A DNA stretch of 64,000 nt, taken from contig OZ244166.1 in the NCBI GenBank assembly GCA_965216445.1, positions 1,565,176-1,629,175 on the forward strand, read 5' to 3'. The translations under genes were made by a program, and so were the position numbers. The first letter of the stretch is position 1; each line of letters begins with the position of its first letter. This DNA is from Acidimicrobiia bacterium. Its GTDB lineage: Bacteria; Actinomycetota; Acidimicrobiia; Spongiisociales; ZC4RG35. A model generated the notes under the pieces. It made no database searches, had not been told where the DNA came from, and was given only the letters and a program-made list of their open reading frames with translations. Below are positions 17,189 through 27,474 of this stretch, piece after piece.

Positions 17189-19714
17189 TTAAACATTCAA
17201 TGCCACATCGACCCGGAAGTCACCCCGTTCATAATCGATTGACTCCGCCCTTGAAGCCAGGAGCAAATCCGACTCCGCTTCACGCAAATGTGACGTCTGG
17301 TCAGTGTCCCCCGCGACGGTGAAGGATGTGACTTCGGTACGCATCGACGTCTTTGCATCCGACTTGGCACGTCTGACCGCACTGAGAACAGTGCTGACCG
17401 TGTCCAAAAGAGCAGGATCACCACCCAAACCGTCGAACTCGCCAGCAGATGGCCACGATGAGCGATGAACAGATCCGTCCCGCCACCAAGACCACACTTC
17501 CTCGGTGACAAAAGGCAGGATCGGTGCAAACAGCCGCAAGTAGATGCTCAAAGAGAGTTGGAGCGCCGCGTGGGCAGAGGCGGCTGCGGGTCCGTCGCCA
17601 TAAGCCCGGCTCTTGACCAGCTCGAGATAATCGTCGGTCCAAGACCAGAACGAAGCCTCTGCCGCCTCCAGCGCACGGGCGTAGTCGAATCGATCGAAAG
17701 CTTCAGTCGCAACCTTCACGACCCCGGCGAGATTGGCCAACATCGACTTGTCGATCGGTTCGGTGATAGACGATGAATCAACGTCGTCGCCAAACCCAAG
17801 AACAAAACGTGAGGCATTGAGGAGCTTGGTCGCGAGACGACGCCCAATCCTCATTTGACCTTCGTCGAAGATGGTGTCGGAACCTGGGCGCCCGTAACAC
17901 GCCCAGTAACGCACGGCGTCCGAGCCGTACTCATTCAGCAAGCTCATCGGTGTCACAACGTTGCCCTTGGACTTGGACATCTTCTTCCGATCGGGATCCA
18001 TGATCCAACCCGAGATGGTGGCGTGCTTGAAGGGCAAGGAGTCGAACTCGAGATGACTCCGGGTCACTGTCGAAAAGAGCCAAGTGCGGATGATGTCATG
18101 GCCCTGTGGACGAATGTCCATCGGAAACACCTTCTCGAACAACTCTGGGTCGTCGTCCCAATGGCCGGCGATCAACGGAGTCAATGAGGAGGTAGCCCAG
18201 GTGTCCATTATGTCGAGGTCACCGACAAAACCACCCGGCTCGCCACGTTGGGACTCTTCAAATCCCGGTGCCGTATCTGAGCCAGGGTCGATGGGTAAGG
18301 CGGAATCGTCCGGCACTATTGGCGACTCATAATCCGGGACACCGTCATCATCGAGCCGGTACCACAGCGGAATAGGCACGCCGAAGAACCTCTGTCTTGA
18401 AACCAGCCAATCCCCGTTGAGCCCTTCCACCCAGTGCTTGTATCGGACACCCATGAACTCGGGAACCCAATGCAGTTCTTCGCCTCTCTCCAATAGAGCC
18501 TCGCGGAGGTCTTGGTCACGACCACCATTTCGGATGTACCACTGTCGACTGGCAACGATTTCGAGTGGCCGATCACCCTTCTCATAGAACTTCACCTGGT
18601 GCGTTATCGCTTCCGGCTCACCATCGAGGTCTCCGGACTCCTCGAGGAGTTCGGTCATCCTCCGGCGTGCCTGATTGGGGTAGAGCCCAGCGATTTCACC
18701 GTATGCGCGTCTGCCCTCCTCGTTGTCGATCCAGTCAGGGACGTCCTCCTGGAATCGGCCGTTGTGCTGGACGACCGCACGGGTCGGGAGGTCCAACTCC
18801 CGCCACCATGTGACGTCGGTTGTGTCACCGAAAGTGCAGATCATGGCGATCCCGCTCCCCTTTTCCGGGTCGGCTAGTTCGTGGGCGACAATCGGAACTT
18901 CGACCCCGAACAGTGGGGATTTCACGGTGGTTCCAAACAACTCTTGATAACGCTCGTCTCCTGGATGAGCGACCAGCGCAACGCAGGAGCACACCAACTC
19001 CGGTCGGGTCGTCTCGATGTAGATCGGGTCCCCGTCACCCCGACGGAACGAGACTCTGTGGTAGGCCGCCGGTCTTTCCCGATCCTCCAACTCAGCCTGA
19101 GCAACCGCAGTCTTGAAATCGACGTCCCAAAGTACCGGGGCCTCTTGCGTGTAGGCCTCTCCCCGCCTGAGATTGTTGAGGAACATTCGCTGGGACGTGC
19201 GGCGGCAGTGATGGTCGATTGTGGCGTAGGACTGCTTCCAGTCGACTGAGAGACCCAGCTTTCTCCATAGGTCCTCGAAGACTTTCTCGTCCTCCGTGGT
19301 CAGAATATGGCATAGGTCGATGAAGTTGCGTCTCGAGATCTCAATCGGTGGATCGTGGGGTTCGGTCGGTGGCTCGAAATCCGGATCGAACGACAGAGAG
19401 GCGTTCCCCCTCACTCCGTAGTAGTTCTGGACCCGCCTTTCTGTTGGCAGTCCGTTGTCGTCCCAACCCATCGGGTAGAACACTTCCATGCCTGCCATCC
19501 GCTGATATCGGGCTAGCGCATCGGTATGGGTGTAACTGAACACATGGCCGACATGCAGAGATCCCGAAACAGTCGGTGGCGGGGTGTCGATGGCAAAGAT
19601 CTCGTCACGAGTCTTTGACGGATCAAAGCGAAAGGTGTCTGAGGACTCCCACGACTGATCCCATTTGGCTTCAAGACCATCGAGATTCGGCTTGTCAGGA
19701 ACATTGCGAGTCAT
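17189..19714 (-). CDS. valS: valine--tRNA ligase
   Basis: HIGH motif (SLHVGHVFSYTHTD), KMSKS motif (KMSKSKGN), editing domain; 841 aa. Confidence 0.8.
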   Translation of the reverse strand: MTRNVPDKPNLDGLEAKWDQSWESSDTFRFDPSKTRDEIFAIDTPPPTVSGSLHVGHVFSYTHTDALARYQRMAGMEVFYPMGWDDNGLPTERRVQNYYGVRGNASLSFDPDFEPPTEPHDPPIEISRRNFIDLCHILTTEDEKVFEDLWRKLGLSVDWKQSYATIDHHCRRTSQRMFLNNLRRGEAYTQEAPVLWDVDFKTAVAQAELEDRERPAAYHRVSFRRGDGDPIYIETTRPELVCSCVALVAHPGDERYQELFGTTVKSPLFGVEVPIVAHELADPEKGSGIAMICTFGDTTDVTWWRELDLPTRAVVQHNGRFQEDVPDWIDNEEGRRAYGEIAGLYPNQARRRMTELLEESGDLDGEPEAITHQVKFYEKGDRPLEIVASRQWYIRNGGRDQDLREALLERGEELHWVPEFMGVRYKHWVEGLNGDWLVSRQRFFGVPIPLWYRLDDDGVPDYESPIVPDDSALPIDPGSDTAPGFEESQRGEPGGFVGDLDIMDTWATSSLTPLIAGHWDDDPELFEKVFPMDIRPQGHDIIRTWLFSTVTRSHLEFDSLPFKHATISGWIMDPDRKKMSKSKGNVVTPMSLLNEYGSDAVRYWACYGRPGSDTIFDEGQMRIGRRLATKLLNASRFVLGFGDDVDSSSITEPIDKSMLANLAGVVKVATEAFDRFDYARALEAAEASFWSWTDDYLELVKSRAYGDGPAAASAHAALQLSLSIYLRLFAPILPFVTEEVWSWWRDGSVHRSSWPSAGEFDGLGGDPALLDTVSTVLSAVRRAKSDAKTSMRTEVTSFTVAGDTDQTSHLREAESDLLLASRAESIDYERGDFRVDVALNV

Positions 19715-19785
19715 ATACGTGTGAAGGGTAATTGCAGTTGGTTACGGACCGGAGACCGTCCCGATGAATCGTTCGGCCCTTCGCA

Positions 19786-19838
19786 CCGTTCTGTGAGGGT
19801 CTAGCCCTCCTCTCCCGGCGCGAACACTCACAGTACGG
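19786..19838. repeat. 52-bp hairpin repeat, copy A (CCGTTCTGTGAG-N29-CTCACAGtACGG)
   Basis: 12-bp inverted arms with a GC-rich loop; one of three copies. Confidence 0.7.
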
Positions 19839-19858
19839 ATGACGGTGTCCGGCACAAC

Positions 19859-19910
19859 TCTTCTGTGAGGGTTTGGGCCGCCCCAACCGGCGCGAACACT
19901 CACAGAACGG
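19859..19910. repeat. 52-bp hairpin repeat, copy B
   Basis: TTCTGTGAG...CTCACAGAACGG, 21 bp downstream of copy A; overlaps the first ATG of the DUF559 ORF. Confidence 0.7.
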
Positions 19911-19950
19911 GTGTATTGACAGAGGGTGGGTTTCTCAGTTGCTTGGAGCT

Positions 19951-20853
19951 ATGTGGGTTGAGAACCAGATCCGGCAAGTTGCGGGCCAGCAACATGGAGT
20001 CCTCACCAGGGGAGATCTCAGTGCTCTTGGCGCCAGTCGACACGAGATCGATCATCAGATTCGCCGGGGACGCCTGACGATGGTGCAACCCGGTGTGTAC
20101 AACATCGACTCGGTTCCCGCTTCATGGAAAACGTCGGTCCTCGAAGCGCTTTATGCCGCCGGTCCGAAAGCAGCTGCGTCCCATCGAACCGCAGCAGTCC
20201 TATGGGGATTCGACGCGATATCAGGACTATTGATCGAGCTAACAGTCCCCTATCTGAAGTCGCCAGAACCGGCTGGCGCGCTGATCCACCGCACCCGACG
20301 CAAGCTTTGGATCACCGAAATCGATGCTATCCCGATCACTCGACCGGAGCGTACGCTGCTGGACCTAGCTCCGATCTTGCCCGCGAGAGTCCTCTTCAAA
20401 GTCGCTCGTTCCGGGATCCACAAGGGGCTCACCAGCATCGATCGACTCGACAAGGTGGTGGGCACAGACGGTGGGCGTGGAGTTGCCGGGACGCGGAGGA
20501 TGAGGTGGCTGATCGGCGAACTCGCGGACGACGTCTCTGCTTCGGTGTCGGAGATTGACCTCCAACAGATCATTTCGGAGATTCCAATTCCGAGACCTGT
20601 GCAACAACTACGGATCAAACGGCCATCCGGTCGCAACGCCTACCCCGACTTTGCATGGCCGGACCTGATGAAGATCATTGAGGTAGACGGATTCGAGGCC
20701 CACGGCACGCCGGAACAACTCCAAGAAGACCTCCAACGTCAAAACGACTTGATGGATCTCGGTTGGAGCATCCGTCGATTCACCGCCACTGAGGTGCGTG
20801 ACGATCCTGAACGGGTTCGCGACGAAATTGCACGCTTCATCGGCAATCCCTAA
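19951..20853 (+). CDS. AbiEi_4-like N-terminal domain / DUF559 endonuclease-like C-terminal domain protein
   Basis: The N-terminus GVLTRGDLSALGASRHEIDHQIRRGRLTMVQPGVY matches the AbiEi-type antitoxin fold. The C-terminus YPDFAWPDLMKIIEVDGFEAHG...DLMDLGWSIRRF matches DUF559. The ORF opens at 19873 inside repeat B, so an internal Met at 19951 is the preferred start. Confidence 0.65.
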   Translation: MWVENQIRQVAGQQHGVLTRGDLSALGASRHEIDHQIRRGRLTMVQPGVYNIDSVPASWKTSVLEALYAAGPKAAASHRTAAVLWGFDAISGLLIELTVPYLKSPEPAGALIHRTRRKLWITEIDAIPITRPERTLLDLAPILPARVLFKVARSGIHKGLTSIDRLDKVVGTDGGRGVAGTRRMRWLIGELADDVSASVSEIDLQQIISEIPIPRPVQQLRIKRPSGRNAYPDFAWPDLMKIIEVDGFEAHGTPEQLQEDLQRQNDLMDLGWSIRRFTATEVRDDPERVRDEIARFIGNP

Positions 20854-20854
20854 C

Positions 20855-20906
20855 CATTCTGTGAGGGTCTAGACCGCCCGCACCGGCGCGAACACTCACA
20901 GAACGG
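20855..20906. repeat. 52-bp hairpin repeat, copy C, between convergent genes
   Basis: Begins 2 nt after the DUF559 stop and contains the stop codon of the convergent ATPase gene. May act as a bidirectional terminator. Confidence 0.7.
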
Positions 20907-21444
20907 ATTTGGGGACAGCTTCCAAGAAACGCCGGACCACACCGGAGCTTCGCAGTCGATAGACCTTGAGGTGGACGGTTTCGGGCTGGGCGAGCGCCTC
21001 TTCGTACTTCTTGCGGGTCGGTGCGTGGTGCACCCATGCCCATCGAATGATGTTCTTCTCCGGATCCCAATGCCACAGGTTGGTCCAAGGTTCCCGATTT
21101 CCGTTCCACAACTCCTCGCGAGTTGCAGCTCGACGCAGAGTTCGGCCGACCACCTGTCGCATAACCACCGCGCGTGGTAGATCTAGCCAGACCAACGTGT
21201 CCGCCACGGGCCAAATCAACTCCTTGACACCGTGGCTTGTGTAGTTGCCGTCTATCACCCAGGACGGCTGAAGTGCGAACTCCGCGATGCGGGACCGAAA
21301 CTCGTGGTCAGGCATTTGCTCCCATCCCGGTTGATGGAATATCGAATCCAGCTCAAGGCACGGGAACTCGAGTTTCTCGGCAAGTCGACGCGCAAGGGTC
21401 GTCTTGCCCGACCCCGAACTGCCCACCACCACAATCCGATGCAT
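20896..21444 (-). CDS. P-loop NTPase (adenylate-kinase-like / topology modulation FlaR-like)
   Basis: Walker A VVVGSSGSGKTTLARRLA; 182 aa. Confidence 0.55.
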   Translation of the reverse strand: MHRIVVVGSSGSGKTTLARRLAEKLEFPCLELDSIFHQPGWEQMPDHEFRSRIAEFALQPSWVIDGNYTSHGVKELIWPVADTLVWLDLPRAVVMRQVVGRTLRRAATREELWNGNREPWTNLWHWDPEKNIIRWAWVHHAPTRKKYEEALAQPETVHLKVYRLRSSGVVRRFLEAVPKSVL

Positions 21445-21495
21445 GATCGACGAGCTTAGGACCTACCGAGGCCGGCGAAAGTTGACGAACAAGGC

Positions 21496-24400
21496 CTACA
21501 TGCTTCGGCGGTATTGACCGCCGACCTCGTACAAAGCTGTGCTCATCTGACCAAGCGATGCCCACTTAGCTGACTCCATCAATGCCTCAAAAAGGTTCTC
21601 GTTTCTGATGGCAGCCTCTTGGAGAGCCTTCAGTTGTTTCTCCACCTGACCGGAGTTCCGCTGCTGCGAGGCGCGTAGGTTTGAGATCTGACGGTTCTTG
21701 TCTTCATCGGTTGAGCGAATGAGCTCCTCGGGAACCTGGAACGGCGAGCCCTCCTTGGAAATGAAGGTGTTGACTCCAACTATCGGATACTCGCCAGACT
21801 CCTTCTGCTGCTCGTAGTACAGCGATTCTTCTTGAATCTTGGTGCGCTGATACTGCCTTTCCATTGCACCCAACACTCCCCCGCGGCTGTTGATGCGCTC
21901 GAATTCGGCCAGGACCGCCTCCTCAACCAGATCGGTCAATTCATCGATGATGAATGAGCCTTGAAGGGGGTTTTCGTTCTTGGCCAAACCCAGCTCACGA
22001 TTGATGATCAACTGTATTGCCATCGCTCTGCGCACCGACTCTTCGGTTGGAGTTGTGATCGCCTCGTCATAAGCGTTGGTGTGCAGGCTGTTCGTGTTGT
22101 CGTAGATGGCATACAGAGCTTGCAAGGTGGTCCGAATGTCGTTGAAGCTGATCTCCTGGGCATGTAGCGATCGACCTGACGTCTGAATGTGGTACTTCAG
22201 TTTCTGCGAGCGCTCATTGCCGCCGTACTTGTGCTTGATCGCCTTCGACCAGATTCGTCTCGCCACCCGGCCGATCACCGCATACTCGGCGTCGATGCCA
22301 TTGGAGAAGAAGAAGCTGAGGTTCGGAGCAAAGTCATCGATATCCATCCCCCTGGCCAGGTAGTACTCAACGAACGTGAAGCCATTCGCCAATGTGAAAG
22401 CGAGCTGACTGATCGGGTTGGCCCCTGCCTCGGCCATGTGATATCCGCTGATGGAAACCGAATAGAAGTTCTTGACGTCGTTATCAACGAAGTACTGCTG
22501 GATGTCCCCCATCATCCGGAGCGCGAACTCGGTTGAGAAGATACAAGTGTTCTGCGCCTGGTCCTCTTTCAGAATGTCGGCCTGAACCGTCCCCCGCACT
22601 CGGGACATCGTTTCGGCTTTGATCGAGTCATAGGTCTCCTTCGGTAACACCTGATCACCGGTTACTCCCAGCAGCATCAAACCGAGACCGTCATGCCCGA
22701 GGGGCAGCTCCCCGTGATACTGGGGTCGCTCGCCATCGCCGAGGAACTCATCGATCTTTCTCTCGACCTCTTCCTCGAGCCCGTTTTCCATGATGTGTTT
22801 TTCACATGCCTGGTCGATGGCAGCATTCATGAAGAAGGCGAGAATCATCGGCGCCGGACCGTTGATCGTCATCGAAACGGAAGTTGTGGGATCACTGAGG
22901 TCGAATCCTGAGTACAACTTCTTGGCGTCGTCGAGAGTGGCTATCGAGACACCTGAGTTTCCGACCTTCCCGTAGATGTCAGGCCTCTCATGGGGATCTT
23001 CTCCGTAAAGCGTCACCGAATCGAACGCCGTAGAAAGACGCTTTGCCGGCTGGTCAGCGGCAAGGTAGTGGAATCTCCGGTTGGTCTGCTCCGGAGGGCC
23101 CTCACCGGCGAACATGCGGGTGGGGTCTTCGGCCTCCCTTTTGAAGGGAAACACACCGGCTGCGTAAGGGAATTCCCCGGGCACGTTCTCCTGGAGCAGC
23201 CAGCGCAAGCGATCACCCCAGGACCGGTAGCTCGGAAGCGCTACGCGTGGGACGCGGGTGTGGCTGAGAGTTTCGCGATGGAGCGGAACCCGAATTTCCT
23301 TGCCACGCACGTAGTACACAAACTCCTCGCCTGAGTATTCGGCAATCAACCCGTCCCACCTCTGCAAGGCCTTGAGATTCGTCGGATCGACTGCCTCTTC
23401 GGCTTCTGAAATCACAGATTGATCGAGGTGTTGTTTGGCGCCGAGCAGCCGGTACAGGTACTCGGCAGCGTCAGCCTGAGCATCAACCCAGCGATCGTAA
23501 CGCCCGATCTCCTCAACGATCTCCGCCAGATATCTGGTTCGGTTGGGGGGAACGACGAAATGTTTCTCGGTGTCGGCAACCGGCAATTCGATTTTCGATT
23601 CCAGGCCGAGAAGGGAAACCATCGACTTGTAGAACCGGTTCGTCCCTGGGTCGTTGAAGTCTGAAGCGACGGTGAGATGAATGGGAAGGTCCTCGTCCGG
23701 TCCGGTAAAGGCGAGGTGGTTCCTTCGATACTGTTTCCGCACATCGCGCAGGGCGTCCAGCGAGCCCTGCTTGTCCGCCTTGTTGATTGCGACCAGATCG
23801 GCGAAGTCGAGCATGTCGATCTTCTCCAACTGAGTCGCGGCCCCGTATTCGGGGGTCATGACGTAGAGAGACAGATCCGACAGGTCAACGATTTCGGTGT
23901 CTGACTGGCCGATCCCCGAGGTCTCCAGGATCACCAGGTCGTATCCGGCGGCCTTGACGATGTCGACGGCTGTGGCAACGTGAGGAGACAAGGCGAGATT
24001 CGATTGACGGGTAGCTAGGGACCGCATGTAGGCGCGAGGGTGCGGAAGCGTATTCATCCGGATCCGGTCGCCTAAGAGGGCACCGCCCGACTTCCGCTTG
24101 GTCGGATCGACCGAAATCACGCCCACGTGAAGGTCACCGAAGTCGGCAAGCAGCCGTCGGATCAACTCGTCGACAAGACTCGACTTCCCCGAACCACCGG
24201 TTCCGGTGATGCCGACAACCGGTGCCGTCGAAGTTGCAGCTTTGGCAACCACCTCCTCGAAGATGTCGGGATATTTCTCGCCGTAGTTCTCCGCTGCGGA
24301 AATGAGACCGGCGATCACCGACCGGTTGGCGACGTTCAGCTCATCGATGTCAAAACCATTGAGTTCACCGAGCGGGAAGTCTGATCGGGAGATCATGTCG

Positions 24401-24894
24401 GCCACCATGCCGGTCAGACCCAGCTCGCGGCCATCGTCGGGCGAATAGATTCGAGTCACACCGTACTCAGCTAAGGACTCCCCTTCAGAAGGCAAGATCG
24501 TGCCGCCACCACCACCAAAAATCCGAATGTGAGATGCCTCACGCTCGACTAGCAGATCCCGGAGGTAGCGATAGAACTCGTTGTGACCGCCCTGATACGA
24601 GGTGACGGCGATGGCGTGCACATCCTCCTCAATCGCTGTTTCCACGATGTCGAGGCCCGTCCGGTTGTGTCCGAGGTGGATGACCTCAGCGCCTGCTGAT
24701 TGCAGGATTCGCCTGAAGATGTTGATCGAAGCATCGTGGCCGTCGAAGAGGGTGGTCGCTGTAACGAAACGGACCTTGTTGGTGGGGTTTACCTGATCCA
24801 AATCACTCAATTCGTTGCTGGGTCCATTGTAAGAGTTACAATACTTTGATGTCAAAGTATTCCTCAAGTCCGACCCATGTTCTCGAGGACCCAA
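21496..24894 (-). CDS. icmF: fused isobutyryl-CoA mutase (B12-binding + MeaB-like GTPase + mutase substrate domain)
   Basis: 1132 aa. N-terminal B12-binding domain ([15 protein letters not shown]...[13 protein letters not shown]), central G-protein Walker A ([13 protein letters not shown]), C-terminal methylmalonyl-CoA-mutase-like barrel. The start may be a downstream GTG. Confidence 0.8.
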   Translation of the reverse strand: MGPREHGSDLRNTLTSKYCNSYNGPSNELSDLDQVNPTNKVRFVTATTLFDGHDASINIFRRILQSAGAEVIHLGHNRTGLDIVETAIEEDVHAIAVTSYQGGHNEFYRYLRDLLVEREASHIRIFGGGGGTILPSEGESLAEYGVTRIYSPDDGRELGLTGMVADMISRSDFPLGELNGFDIDELNVANRSVIAGLISAAENYGEKYPDIFEEVVAKAATSTAPVVGITGTGGSGKSSLVDELIRRLLADFGDLHVGVISVDPTKRKSGGALLGDRIRMNTLPHPRAYMRSLATRQSNLALSPHVATAVDIVKAAGYDLVILETSGIGQSDTEIVDLSDLSLYVMTPEYGAATQLEKIDMLDFADLVAINKADKQGSLDALRDVRKQYRRNHLAFTGPDEDLPIHLTVASDFNDPGTNRFYKSMVSLLGLESKIELPVADTEKHFVVPPNRTRYLAEIVEEIGRYDRWVDAQADAAEYLYRLLGAKQHLDQSVISEAEEAVDPTNLKALQRWDGLIAEYSGEEFVYYVRGKEIRVPLHRETLSHTRVPRVALPSYRSWGDRLRWLLQENVPGEFPYAAGVFPFKREAEDPTRMFAGEGPPEQTNRRFHYLAADQPAKRLSTAFDSVTLYGEDPHERPDIYGKVGNSGVSIATLDDAKKLYSGFDLSDPTTSVSMTINGPAPMILAFFMNAAIDQACEKHIMENGLEEEVERKIDEFLGDGERPQYHGELPLGHDGLGLMLLGVTGDQVLPKETYDSIKAETMSRVRGTVQADILKEDQAQNTCIFSTEFALRMMGDIQQYFVDNDVKNFYSVSISGYHMAEAGANPISQLAFTLANGFTFVEYYLARGMDIDDFAPNLSFFFSNGIDAEYAVIGRVARRIWSKAIKHKYGGNERSQKLKYHIQTSGRSLHAQEISFNDIRTTLQALYAIYDNTNSLHTNAYDEAITTPTEESVRRAMAIQLIINRELGLAKNENPLQGSFIIDELTDLVEEAVLAEFERINSRGGVLGAMERQYQRTKIQEESLYYEQQKESGEYPIVGVNTFISKEGSPFQVPEELIRSTDEDKNRQISNLRASQQRNSGQVEKQLKALQEAAIRNENLFEALMESAKWASLGQMSTALYEVGGQYRRSM

Positions 24895-25361
24895 TTGCTG
24901 AGGCTATACGGCAATGGAACGCCCACGGTTGGACTGATGCCGCTTTGGGAATGGCAACGGTCACCACGATCACGAGGGTCAACCGAGTCCTCGTCGCTCG
25001 AGTGGAAGACTCTCTGAGCACATACGGCTTGACCTTCGCCCGCTTCGAGATTCTCCGGCTGCTCGGGTTCGCCCGGGACAATCAGCTTCCGATGGGAAAA
25101 ATCGGGGATCGCCTTCAAGTTCACCCGGCATCCGTTACCAGTGCGGTGAAACGTCTCGAACGCGACGGGATGATCGAACGCCAGAATGCCACCCACGACA
25201 ATCGGATAGTTCTGGCCCGACTGCTTCCCCTTGGAGTCTCGACCCTGGAAGAAGCAACCGAAGCGATCAACCGGGTATTCGAGACACTGGAGTTGGATCG
25301 CTCGGATCTGGCGACGATCCTCCGCATCTTGGGACACATCCGCTCCATCGAATCCAGTTAG
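24846..25361 (+). CDS. MarR-family transcriptional regulator
   Basis: Winged-helix segment [12 protein letters not shown]...[32 protein letters not shown]. The first ATG overlaps the icmF start, so the real start may be downstream. Confidence 0.6.
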   Translation: MMSKYSSSPTHVLEDPIAEAIRQWNAHGWTDAALGMATVTTITRVNRVLVARVEDSLSTYGLTFARFEILRLLGFARDNQLPMGKIGDRLQVHPASVTSAVKRLERDGMIERQNATHDNRIVLARLLPLGVSTLEEATEAINRVFETLELDRSDLATILRILGHIRSIESS

Positions 25362-25437
25362 ATCAGCCCGCAATTGGCGAAAAACGTCAGATTTCTATCT
25401 ACACGAACCGCCAAAACTGACTAGATTGTGACTCGGG

Positions 25438-25740
25438 ATGGCTTTATACGAGGGACGAATGCAGGGAGAGACACTCGAGCTCAGTCATGTGACCCTGCGA
25501 TTGGATGATGATGGCCGGATGCGCATATTCGCCGGCCCCGTCGCTGTGGGATCCTGGCCGATGAGTCGGGTGAGTGCAGAGCGGACCTCGATCTACAGGT
25601 TTGCCCTCAACATCGACGGGGAGCAATTCGAATTCTTCCCCGAAGACCCGCTTGGTTTCTCCGATGACATCGGTGCCGTGGTCGACCTGACCAGGGGTTC
25701 CCGGTTCAGCCTCAAACAGCGCATCGAACGTTCCGGCTGA
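25438..25740 (+). CDS. hypothetical protein
   Basis: 100-aa ORF with no recognisable motif. Confidence 0.25.
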   Translation: MALYEGRMQGETLELSHVTLRLDDDGRMRIFAGPVAVGSWPMSRVSAERTSIYRFALNIDGEQFEFFPEDPLGFSDDIGAVVDLTRGSRFSLKQRIERSG

Positions 25741-25764
25741 CAAAAGCAAAAGCTCTGGCAAAAT

Positions 25765-26511
25765 GTGGACATGATTGTCCGCGTGGTACGACGGAGCGTT
25801 GTTGGCGCATTGGCCCTGGTAGGAGCTGAGTTGCTGTGGGCTGTTCTCCGTCCGTCGCCAAAGCAGGATGAGTTCGATCCTTCCGCGACATACGGCAACC
25901 TCGGTTCTCCAACTCTGCGTGTTGCAGTGCTTGGCGACTCCACTATCACTGCACCGGGTGTCGCGGGCCCAGAGGAGATATGGGTCAGTTTGATCTGCCA
26001 GCGGCTGGCTGAGTCTCATCATGTCGTTCTCAAGTCGTACGCCGTCGGAGGCTCGATGGCGCACGATCTGATCGACGAACAGTTGCAGCCGGCTCTTGCC
26101 TTCTCTCCGGACCTGGTGTTCCTCTCCGTCGGTGCCAATGACGCTTTGAAAGGCGTCACATCGTCGAAGTTCGAGGAGAATCTAGAAACCCTTGTCTCGA
26201 CTTTCCGCGATTCTGGTGCAGTTGTCGTCCAGAGCGGAGTAGGCGACCTCGGCACCATCCCGAGACTTCTCCCTCCACTACGTCACCTTCTTTCGCGACG
26301 GGCGCTTCGGTTCAACTCAGCCCACGACCGGGTGGCAGATCGCCACGGATCATGGGTTGTGCCTCAACGAGACAGTCCTGTCTCGATGTGGCGCGACGAC
26401 CGGGACCTTTGGTCACCGGACCTCTTTCATGTCAGTGCCCGCGGGCACCAGGTTTGGGCCGAGTTGGGTTGGAAGACGGTCGAAGACGCACTGGAGCTGC
26501 GTGAAGCTTGA
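25765..26511 (+). CDS. SGNH/GDSL-family hydrolase
   Basis: Block I VLGDSTI, block III GANDA, C-terminal DxxH-like region; N-terminal signal/TM segment. Confidence 0.65.
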   Translation: MDMIVRVVRRSVVGALALVGAELLWAVLRPSPKQDEFDPSATYGNLGSPTLRVAVLGDSTITAPGVAGPEEIWVSLICQRLAESHHVVLKSYAVGGSMAHDLIDEQLQPALAFSPDLVFLSVGANDALKGVTSSKFEENLETLVSTFRDSGAVVVQSGVGDLGTIPRLLPPLRHLLSRRALRFNSAHDRVADRHGSWVVPQRDSPVSMWRDDRDLWSPDLFHVSARGHQVWAELGWKTVEDALELREA

Positions 26512-26914
26512 TCGCCAAGCCGCCCTGTCGCTGGCGTCACAACAACCGGATGCACGGCTGGCGACTGTGGGTCAATCGGGCCAGCCGCATCTCGTCCCGA
26601 TCACCTTCGCCATCGAGGAGGATTTCATCTACTCGATGGTCGACTCGAAGCCAAAGACATCACGTCAGTTGAAGCGACTGTCCAACATCGAAGGCGAGCC
26701 CCGTGTTTCGGTTCTGACCGACAAATACGACGAGGACTGGACACAGCTGTGGTGGGTTCGTCTCGATGGGGCCGCCGAGATCCACACCGAGGGCGTTCGA
26801 TTCAAACTTGCGAAACAGCTCCTGACGGCGAAGTACCCCCAGTACGCTGATCAACCACCCGAAGGTCCTGCAATCGCAGTAGAAGTGTCAGCCGTTAGTT
26901 GGTGGAGTTGGTAG
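26501..26914 (+). CDS. PPOX-class (pyridoxamine 5'-phosphate oxidase-like) F420-dependent family protein
   Basis: Small split-barrel pattern (PHLVPITFAIEEDFIYSMVD...WTQLWWVRLDGAAEI). Probable GTG start at 26501 just inside the SGNH stop; the longer ORF from 26357 is less likely. Confidence 0.5.
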   Translation: MKLDRQAALSLASQQPDARLATVGQSGQPHLVPITFAIEEDFIYSMVDSKPKTSRQLKRLSNIEGEPRVSVLTDKYDEDWTQLWWVRLDGAAEIHTEGVRFKLAKQLLTAKYPQYADQPPEGPAIAVEVSAVSWWSW

Positions 26915-27440
26915 ACCTCACACCTGTCTCGTCAGCCAAGTAGTCGACCCTCCTGTCGTGTTCGTCAGTCGGTACAGCATCGACGATTCGCTTCGACAGG
27001 GTGACACCGATCGCAACCGCGTCCGGCCGTTTCAGCGCTAGTTCACGGTCGTAATATCCACCTCCGCGACCGATTCTGTTTCCCTCTGCGTCGAACGCAA
27101 CTCCTGGAACCAAGAAGACATCCACTTCCATGACCGGAGTAACCGGTGCCTTCGCGTTCGGTTGATCCATACCCCAACGGTGACGCTCCAAATCGACCCT
27201 CGCATCACGCCAGCTGAGCGAGCCGTCGTCTTCTATACGTGGCAGGAGCCAACGCCAGCCGGGCAGACGATCGATTAACGGCGAAGTGTCGACCTCGTCT
27301 TCGAGCGCGGAATACGTCGTGATAGTCCCCGGAATCCGTTTGGACAGAAACCCAAACAAGTGGTTGCCCACCAGCTTCGATTGCTCTGATGTGACGTCCC
27401 CGAATTCAGTCAGGGTGGAACGAAGGTCTTCTTTGTCCAC
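26895..27440 (-). CDS. 5-formyltetrahydrofolate cyclo-ligase
   Basis: GGGYYDR motif and overall MTHFS family pattern; 181 aa. Confidence 0.75.
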   Translation of the reverse strand: MDKEDLRSTLTEFGDVTSEQSKLVGNHLFGFLSKRIPGTITTYSALEDEVDTSPLIDRLPGWRWLLPRIEDDGSLSWRDARVDLERHRWGMDQPNAKAPVTPVMEVDVFLVPGVAFDAEGNRIGRGGGYYDRELALKRPDAVAIGVTLSKRIVDAVPTDEHDRRVDYLADETGVRSTNSTN

Positions 27441-27474
27441 GACGGTGAGCCTAGAACCTAACTAGCCTGGGTTC

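Noticed and set aside
19786-20906. Possibility that the three 52-bp repeats form a CRISPR array
   Set aside because: Only three copies; the units are long palindromic hairpins with variable loops rather than short direct repeats; spacings are 21 bp and about 950 bp containing a full gene; no cas genes nearby.
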